Of a stretch of DNA of 64,000 bases, positions 57,803-64,000 are shown in pieces (positions within the stretch are counted from its first letter, which is position 1; the number at the start of each line of letters is the position of its first letter). The notes beneath the pieces are model-generated. The model did no database searches. It saw nothing but the letters and a program-made list of their open reading frames with translations, and was not told where the DNA came from. The DNA is taken from contig CAVXKA010000002.1 in the NCBI GenBank assembly GCA_963762255.1, positions 640,001-704,000 on the forward strand. Reading direction: 5' to 3'. The translations under genes were made by a program, and so were the position numbers. This DNA comes from Candidatus Eiseniibacteriota bacterium. GTDB taxonomy: Bacteria; Eisenbacteria; RBG-16-71-46; JABDJR01.

Positions 57803-60690
57803 GGCTTGCCCCGCTCGGCGACGTGCGCGGCGTACGCCGCGCTGGCAGGGTCGAGACGCGCTGCCATTTCCCAGGCGCGGGCCGCCTCGTCGCGGCGACC
57901 CAACCGATCCAGAGCCCGGGCGCGCGTATCGTGGTACGAAGCGCGCGTGCTGTCCACGCCGACGGCCGCGTCCGCCCAGCGCAGCGCCTCTTCGGAAGCG
58001 CCGCCCGACCCGTCGATCCGCCGCAGCAGCAGCCAGGCCAGAGCGTTCATCCCGTCACCGTGCTTCTCGTAGAGTCCGAGCAGGTTTCGCAACGTCCTCT
58101 CCGCTTCATCGAGCCGGTCGCGTTCGAGCAGGAAGCGTCCGTAGCGAAAGAGGTACTCCGCGTGCTTGGGTTGCGCAGCGAGAGCGGCGGTCATGGCCTG
58201 ATCGGTCTCCGTCATCCGCCCGAGAGATTCGTAGAGGAGCGCCGCGCGGAATCGATGCGCGGCCGACACGTCCGATCGCTCCGAAAGTACCGCCAGCGCG
58301 CGCAGCGCGGGCTCGGTCCGTCCCTCGTCGACGTCCAACTGAATCAGGTCCAGGTCCAGCGTGACCGGATCGAATCGGGACTTTCGCGCTTCGCTCAGAA
58401 GCGAGCGGGCAAGCCCTCGGTTGCCCCGCGCGCGCTCGAGTTCCGCTCGAGCGGCGAGAACCTCTCCCGATGCCGGACGGACGGTCCATGCGCGACGTAG
58501 CTCACGCTCTGCCCTTGCGAGATCGCCCGCCGCGATGTGGACCCGGGCCAGATGAAGAGCGGTCACGGGATCCGTCGCCCTCAGCGCACGCGCCTCGACC
58601 AGGGCCGATTCCGCCTTCGCGACGTGGCCCAGGGCGAGCTCGGCTAGACCCAGAACCTGCAGGACGTCCACCGCGTATCGGTTCCGCTCGAGTGCCTGAC
58701 GCGCCTCGTCGGCCGCCTCGCGGTGGGCCCCCCGGCGCAGGAGGTGCTGGGCCAAGGCTCCGCGCGCGAAAGCGCTGAGGGGGTTCAAGCTCGCCGCCGC
58801 CGCGAAGTTCGTGTACGCCTGATCGGTCCGCCCGATCTCGTCGCAGATGAGGCCGAGATAGACATGGCTCTCGATGTCCCACGGGCGTGCGGACGCGGCC
58901 ACGCGTTCGTACCGGCGGCGCGCATCACCGGCGCTCCCACGATCCCTTTCCAGGAGTCCCAGGAAGTACTCCGCGGAAAGAGCCGTGGGGTCGAGGTTCA
59001 GCACGGACTCGAAAGCCGCCGCGGCCCTGTCGACGTTGGCCGCCGCATAGTGGGCGACCCCGGTCTGCACGCGTGCGTCGAGATGAAGCGGTGCGATGTC
59101 CGCGCAGCGTCGAAACGCGTCGATCGCCTCGACGTATCTCCCCTCCTGCTGGCAGAGCCGGCCCAGTCCATAATGTGCGCCTGCATCGTCGGGATCGAGC
59201 CGGACCGCCTCGCGGAAGCGCCGTTCCGCATCCACGAAATCGCCCCGGCCCATGTGGGCGTAGCCCAGCTCGCCGATCGCCTCCGGGTTTCCGGGGAGGA
59301 TCTCGAGGGATTCCTCCAGGCGTTCGATGGCTTCGTCATGGCGGCCGATCTGGCTCAGGTACCGGCCATAGTAGAGATGCATCCGCGAGCTGCGCGGGAC
59401 CACGTCCAGGGCCGCGGCAAAGAGCGTGGCGTCGTCCCGCCAGTCCCGGCTCCGCTCCGCGGTTCGCGCACCGTAGAGTGCGAGCAGGACTCCAAGCGCC
59501 CCCCATCCGAGTGCGCGTCGTCGCGGCCGCGCGAGCCATTCGAAACCGAGCGCCAGGATCACCGCAAATCCCAGGGTCGGGAGGTAGAGGAGACGCTCGG
59601 CGAGGATCGTCCCGATGGGAACGATCAGGTTGGAGACAGGCAGGAGCGGCCCCAGGAGCAGCACCGCTCCCACGAGAAGCGCGTGATGGCGCCCGAAGGA
59701 CCGCAAGAGGAGCCAGGCGCCGGCGAATCCTACCGCGAGGGCCGCCAGCACTCTGACATTGAGGAGACTGACCAGAGGCGGGATCTGACTGTAGGAGTAG
59801 TCGGCGCTCAAGCGCAGCGGAAACGCGAGAAGCGCCGCATAGCGACCCAGGACATAGAGCGCACTGCCGATCCGCTGCGCGGCGGGCAGATCGTAAAGCG
59901 GATTGTCCATGATGCTCACCGCGGCCGGGCCGCCTGTCTGCTGCGGACCGAGTACAAGAAGGCGCAGGAGGCCGACCGCCAGCAGGGCCACCCCGTAGCC
60001 CGCGTAGACCGGCCAGGCGAATCGGCGGGCCGGCGGCCCCGACGCCGCACGCGGCGCGGCTCGCGCCGACGCTTCGATCACGACGGCCAGAAGCGGGAGC
60101 ACGACGGCGGATTCCTTGGTGAGGAGTGCGAGCAGGTAGGCGACGGAAGCACCGATCAGACGGCGACGTCCGCCGGACTCGATGTATCCGAAGTGGAAGA
60201 GCAGGGCAACAAGCGTGAAACCCGCGCTCAAGATGTCGGCGCGCCCGACGATCCCGGATACCGCCTCGACGTGGACGGGGTGCACGGCAAAGATGAACGC
60301 GCCGACGGCGGCGGCCGCTCGGCGCTTGATGAGCGCGAGCAGGAGAGCATAGGCGAGCAAAGACACGACGGCGTGCAGCGCGATATTGACCGCGTGGAAG
60401 CACGCGGGTCGGTAGCCCCAGAGCGCATGGTCGAACGCATAGGTCGCGATGACTACCGGCCGGTAGAGGCCGGCGTCGGCATTCTCCGCGCCCCAGTAAC
60501 CGGTGCTGAAGATGCGCGGGAGATTCTCGATGCTTCGGATGAGGGGGTTGCCGGCCACGATGGCGTTGTCGTCGTAGACGAACCCGTTTCGAAGCGTGTT
60601 CGCGTAGGCGGCGGCGCAGAGCAACAGGATGATGGCGGCCACCAGAAGGTGCCGCCTGGCGCCTGGTCTGATTTCCGGCTCCGCCATCAT
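57799..60690 (-). CDS. TMTC-like GT-C protein with long TPR array
   Basis: GFVYDD, YRPV, HPVHVEAV.GIVGRAD, KE, P..LSADY, AERLLYLP, R..DWRD..TL, then many TPRs. Confidence 0.85.
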   Translation of the reverse strand: MMAEPEIRPGARRHLLVAAIILLLCAAAYANTLRNGFVYDDNAIVAGNPLIRSIENLPRIFSTGYWGAENADAGLYRPVVIATYAFDHALWGYRPACFHAVNIALHAVVSLLAYALLLALIKRRAAAAVGAFIFAVHPVHVEAVSGIVGRADILSAGFTLVALLFHFGYIESGGRRRLIGASVAYLLALLTKESAVVLPLLAVVIEASARAAPRAASGPPARRFAWPVYAGYGVALLAVGLLRLLVLGPQQTGGPAAVSIMDNPLYDLPAAQRIGSALYVLGRYAALLAFPLRLSADYSYSQIPPLVSLLNVRVLAALAVGFAGAWLLLRSFGRHHALLVGAVLLLGPLLPVSNLIVPIGTILAERLLYLPTLGFAVILALGFEWLARPRRRALGWGALGVLLALYGARTAERSRDWRDDATLFAAALDVVPRSSRMHLYYGRYLSQIGRHDEAIERLEESLEILPGNPEAIGELGYAHMGRGDFVDAERRFREAVRLDPDDAGAHYGLGRLCQQEGRYVEAIDAFRRCADIAPLHLDARVQTGVAHYAAANVDRAAAAFESVLNLDPTALSAEYFLGLLERDRGSAGDARRRYERVAASARPWDIESHVYLGLICDEIGRTDQAYTNFAAAASLNPLSAFARGALAQHLLRRGAHREAADEARQALERNRYAVDVLQVLGLAELALGHVAKAESALVEARALRATDPVTALHLARVHIAAGDLARAERELRRAWTVRPASGEVLAARAELERARGNRGLARSLLSEARKSRFDPVTLDLDLIQLDVDEGRTEPALRALAVLSERSDVSAAHRFRAALLYESLGRMTETDQAMTAALAAQPKHAEYLFRYGRFLLERDRLDEAERTLRNLLGLYEKHGDGMNALAWLLLRRIDGSGGASEEALRWADAAVGVDSTRASYHDTRARALDRLGRRDEAARAWEMAARLDPASAAYAAHVAERGKP

Positions 60691-60866
60691 CGTCTTCCCG
60701 GGGAAGGACTCATCGGCCTCGTCTCGGCGGCTCGGGGTGAACCCGCCTGGGACATTCTAGTACGGCACGGGGGCCGAGTTCTTCATGAGAAGCGATATGC
60801 ACTATCAGTCCGTCTCGCCTCCATTCCCGTAGCTTTCGGCGGGTGGCGTCCCGTACGATTGTGCCC

Positions 60867-61760
60867 ATGAAATCTCGGATACCCGTCTACCTGCTCGTCC
60901 TCCTGTCTCTGCTGCCGTCGACGGCCGGGGCCTGGGGCGGTGACGTTCACCGTCTCATCAACCGGTCGGCCGTGGGGTGCCTGCCCGCGGACTTCCAGGC
61001 CTTCAGCCAATGGGCGGGGACTCTCGAGCAGCTCTCCACCGCTCCCGACGAGCGCAAGGACTATGTGAGCACGGAGGGGCAGCGCCACTACATCGACATC
61101 GACGATTACCCCGAGTTCTTCGCCGGCACCCTACCCCATGACTACCAGACCATGGTCGCCAGCTACGGCGCCTACAGGGTGATCGGCAATGGGACCCTCC
61201 CCTGGGCCATCGACGAGACGTACCGCAACATGGTGGCCGCGTTTCAGGCGCAGAACTGGACGGAGGCGGTGAGGCTCGCCGCCGACATCGGCCACTATGT
61301 GGGGGACCTGCACAATCCGCTCCACGATACGACCAATTACGACGGAGATGAGACCGGGCAGAGCGGCATCCACTCCCGCTTCGAATCCAACATGACGCGT
61401 ACCTACATGAGCTTTCTCACCCCGAGGCCGGAGCAGGCGCCCGTGGTGCACAACGTGCTCGACACCTCCTTCGACTGGATCGACGAGATCTATCCCGGGG
61501 TGAAGGTGATCCTCGACGCGGATTTAGAGGCCAAAGTGGAGTCCGGGGGAAGCACTAGGAGCACCGTGTACTACCAGACACTCTGGTCGGAGGTCGGCCA
61601 GTACACGGCCCTCTGGATAGAGAGCGCCACCGTCCGTGTCGCCTCGCTCTGGTACTCCGCGTGGATCGAGGCCGGCTCGCCCCTGCTCCCGGGGACGAGC
61701 CCCGTGCAGTCCGTGACCATCGGCCGGCTCAAGACAATGTTCCTGGTTCCCCGCCGTTGA
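60867..61760 (+). CDS. Secreted Zn phospholipase C / S1-P1 nuclease family protein
   Basis: Signal ending AGA-WG..VH, APD, HYIDID, GTLPW, GHYVGDLHNPLH.T.NYDG, IHSRFE. Confidence 0.88.
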   Translation: MKSRIPVYLLVLLSLLPSTAGAWGGDVHRLINRSAVGCLPADFQAFSQWAGTLEQLSTAPDERKDYVSTEGQRHYIDIDDYPEFFAGTLPHDYQTMVASYGAYRVIGNGTLPWAIDETYRNMVAAFQAQNWTEAVRLAADIGHYVGDLHNPLHDTTNYDGDETGQSGIHSRFESNMTRTYMSFLTPRPEQAPVVHNVLDTSFDWIDEIYPGVKVILDADLEAKVESGGSTRSTVYYQTLWSEVGQYTALWIESATVRVASLWYSAWIEAGSPLLPGTSPVQSVTIGRLKTMFLVPRR

Positions 61761-61880
61761 CCTTTTGTGGTACAAGCGCCGGACGCAGATGATCGGCGAT
61801 CCCCCGCATGGGGGCGGCGAGGCCTAGGCCGGAGCCGTCGCGGGGGCCGCCCCGGCTCCAACGCAGGACAAGAGGCCGCC

Positions 61881-63404
61881 ATGACGACACCCTCCCACGA
61901 AGCCGCCAACCAACGCGAGGGGCTCTGGTTCTTCGGATTCCCCCTCGGCTATTGGATGCTCAACGTCATCGAGATGTGGGAGCGCATGGCCTTCTTTCTC
62001 GTCCGCAGCGTGGTGGCGATCTACATCATGCAGGCGGACGAGGTCAACGGCCTCCACTTCACCGCCATGCAAAAGGGGACCATCTACGCCTGGTGGGGAG
62101 TCTTCCAATCCATCCTGCCGATGATCACCGGCGGGTACGCCGACCGCTACGGCTACAAGAAGACGCTGGTGTTCTCGGTGACCGTCAACATCCTGGGCTA
62201 CGTCCTCATGGCCTACACCCGCAGCTTCTGGGGATTCTTCGCGGCGATCATGGTGCTGGCCACCGGCACCGCGTTCTTCAAGCCGAGCTTGCAGGGATCC
62301 CTCGCGCAGAACCTGACCAAGGCGAATTCCTCGGTGGGCTGGGGCATCTTCTACTGGATCGTAAACGTCGGAGCCGCCGCCGCGCCGCTCCTCGCCGCGT
62401 TCATCCGCCACGAGTACTCTTGGCGCATCCTCTTCCTCACCGCGGCCGGCATCACCTGCCTCAACTACGGGATGCTCTTCACCTTCAAGGACTTTCAATC
62501 CGGCGCCGACAAGACCCGCAATCCGCTTCAGGTCTTCTGGTACACGCTCAAGAACATCTTTCAGCTCCGCCTGATCGTCTGGCTTCTCATCATGTCCTGC
62601 TTCTGGCTGATGATGTATCAGCTCTGGGACCTCCACCCCAACTTCATCACCGACTGGATCGACAGCTCGCCGCTGGCCGCGACGCTTCAGGGATGGAGCT
62701 TCGTCCCGCAGAGCTGGATCACGATGACCGCGCGCGGGCCGCAGGTGCCGCAGGAACTTCTCCTGAACCTCAACGCCGCCCTCATCGTGATCCTCATGAT
62801 TCCCGTCTCCTGGGCGGTCCGTAAGATGCGCACGCTCTCGGCGATGGTCATCGGCATGTGCGTGGCGACGGTCGGCATCCTGGTTTCGGGGCTCACCGTC
62901 AGCGGCTATGTGTTCCTCCTCGGCGTTGTCTTCTTCTCACTGGGCGAGATGCTGACCGGCCCCAAGAAGAACGAGTACCTCGGCCTCATCGCCCCTCCCG
63001 GGAAGAAGGGGCTCTACCTCGGCTACGTGAACATCCCGGTGGGCATCGGCCTGTACGTGGGATCCAGCCTCGCCGGCTACCTCTACGGCAACTTCGGCGA
63101 CAAGTCGGTTCTCGCCCAGAAGTACCTCATCGAGCACACGCCGTTCGGCGCGGACAAGCTCCCGTTCTGGAAGGGGGGCGTGGGGCAGCTCGAGGGCGTG
63201 CTCGGGGTGCCGCGCACCGAGGCCATGGCCAAGCTCCAGGAGGTCCTGGCCATCGATAACGTCGCGGCCACACGGCTGCTCTGGGATACATACAGCCCGC
63301 AGTACCATGTTTGGCTGCCGTTCGCGGCGATCGGGGTTGTGGCGATCATCGCCCTCATCATCTTCAACCAGATGGCCAGGCGCTGGTCGGACATGAACGC
63401 CTGA
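61881..63404 (+). CDS. MFS transporter (POT/peptide-like)
   Basis: [39 protein letters not shown]...[12 protein letters not shown]. Confidence 0.88.
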   Translation: MTTPSHEAANQREGLWFFGFPLGYWMLNVIEMWERMAFFLVRSVVAIYIMQADEVNGLHFTAMQKGTIYAWWGVFQSILPMITGGYADRYGYKKTLVFSVTVNILGYVLMAYTRSFWGFFAAIMVLATGTAFFKPSLQGSLAQNLTKANSSVGWGIFYWIVNVGAAAAPLLAAFIRHEYSWRILFLTAAGITCLNYGMLFTFKDFQSGADKTRNPLQVFWYTLKNIFQLRLIVWLLIMSCFWLMMYQLWDLHPNFITDWIDSSPLAATLQGWSFVPQSWITMTARGPQVPQELLLNLNAALIVILMIPVSWAVRKMRTLSAMVIGMCVATVGILVSGLTVSGYVFLLGVVFFSLGEMLTGPKKNEYLGLIAPPGKKGLYLGYVNIPVGIGLYVGSSLAGYLYGNFGDKSVLAQKYLIEHTPFGADKLPFWKGGVGQLEGVLGVPRTEAMAKLQEVLAIDNVAATRLLWDTYSPQYHVWLPFAAIGVVAIIALIIFNQMARRWSDMNA

Positions 63405-63413
63405 TCGGGTCGG

Positions 63414-64000
63414 CTACTTCTTCCCGAACCAGCGACGCAGGCGGGTTTGGAACCCGTCCATGTAGATGTAGAAGACCGGCGTGACGAAGAGGGTGAGGAA
63501 CTGCGAGAAGAGCAGTCCGCCCACGACGGCCAGACCGAGGGGGCGCCGGGACTCGGAGCCCGCGCCCAGCCCCGACCGCGATCGGCAGCGTCCCCATGAG
63601 CGCGGCCATCGTCGTCATCATGATCGGCCGGAAGCGGACCATGCACGCCTCGTAGATGGCCTCGCTCGGCGTCTTTCCCCCGCCCCGCTGCGCGTCGAGG
63701 GCGAAGTCGATCATCATGATGCCGTTCTTCTTCACCAGCCCGATCAGCATGATGATGCCCGACGAAGGCGTAGACGCCCAGATCGATCTTGAAGATGAGC
63801 AGCGTGACCAGGGCGCCGAACCCGGCGAAGGGCAGGGCGGAGAGAATCGTGAGCGGGTGGATGAAGCTCTCGTAGAGGATGCCCAGCACGAGGTAGATGA
63901 CGAGAATGGCCAGCCACAGGAGGAGCCCCAGTCCCCGGCAAGGAGGACTGGAACGCCTGGGCCGTCCCCTGAAAGCTCGTGCTGATGGTGGCAGGGAGTT
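63414..64000 (-). CDS. RND efflux permease (MdtB/C-like), 3' part, two +1 frameshifts
   Basis: [53 protein letters not shown] spread over three frames; extra G near 63760 and 63572. Confidence 0.88.

Overview
High-GC bacterial chromosomal segment. Three secreted proteins ending in FlgD-Ig/T9SS-like tails suggest an FCB-group lineage such as Ca. Eisenbacteria, Krumholzibacteriota or Latescibacterota (inference). Contents: a selenium-dependent molybdenum hydroxylase operon (ygfM-xdhD-amidohydrolase-mocA-yqeB-yqeC); an aquaporin/glucose dehydrogenase/GH15 cassette; a 1675-aa MetV-MetF-MetH triple fusion; crcB-DUF190; two POT-like MFS transporters; tRNA-Leu(UAA) followed by a mini-tRNA-like copy; a translationally coupled alaX-PTPS-folE-sepiapterin reductase-like-gnd-zwf-opcA-pgl operon; several GT-C/TPR glycosylation genes; and P5C dehydrogenase and a deoxyhypusine-synthase-like gene. 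The most striking item is an 885-aa tandem tyrosine phenol-lyase whose two halves have lost complementary catalytic residues, predicting a single-chain pseudo-heterodimer with one composite active site. Four +1 frameshifts in three genes are probably sequencing errors. No CRISPR array, integrase or transposase was seen. All family calls come from motif recognition and recalled reference sequences, not database searches.
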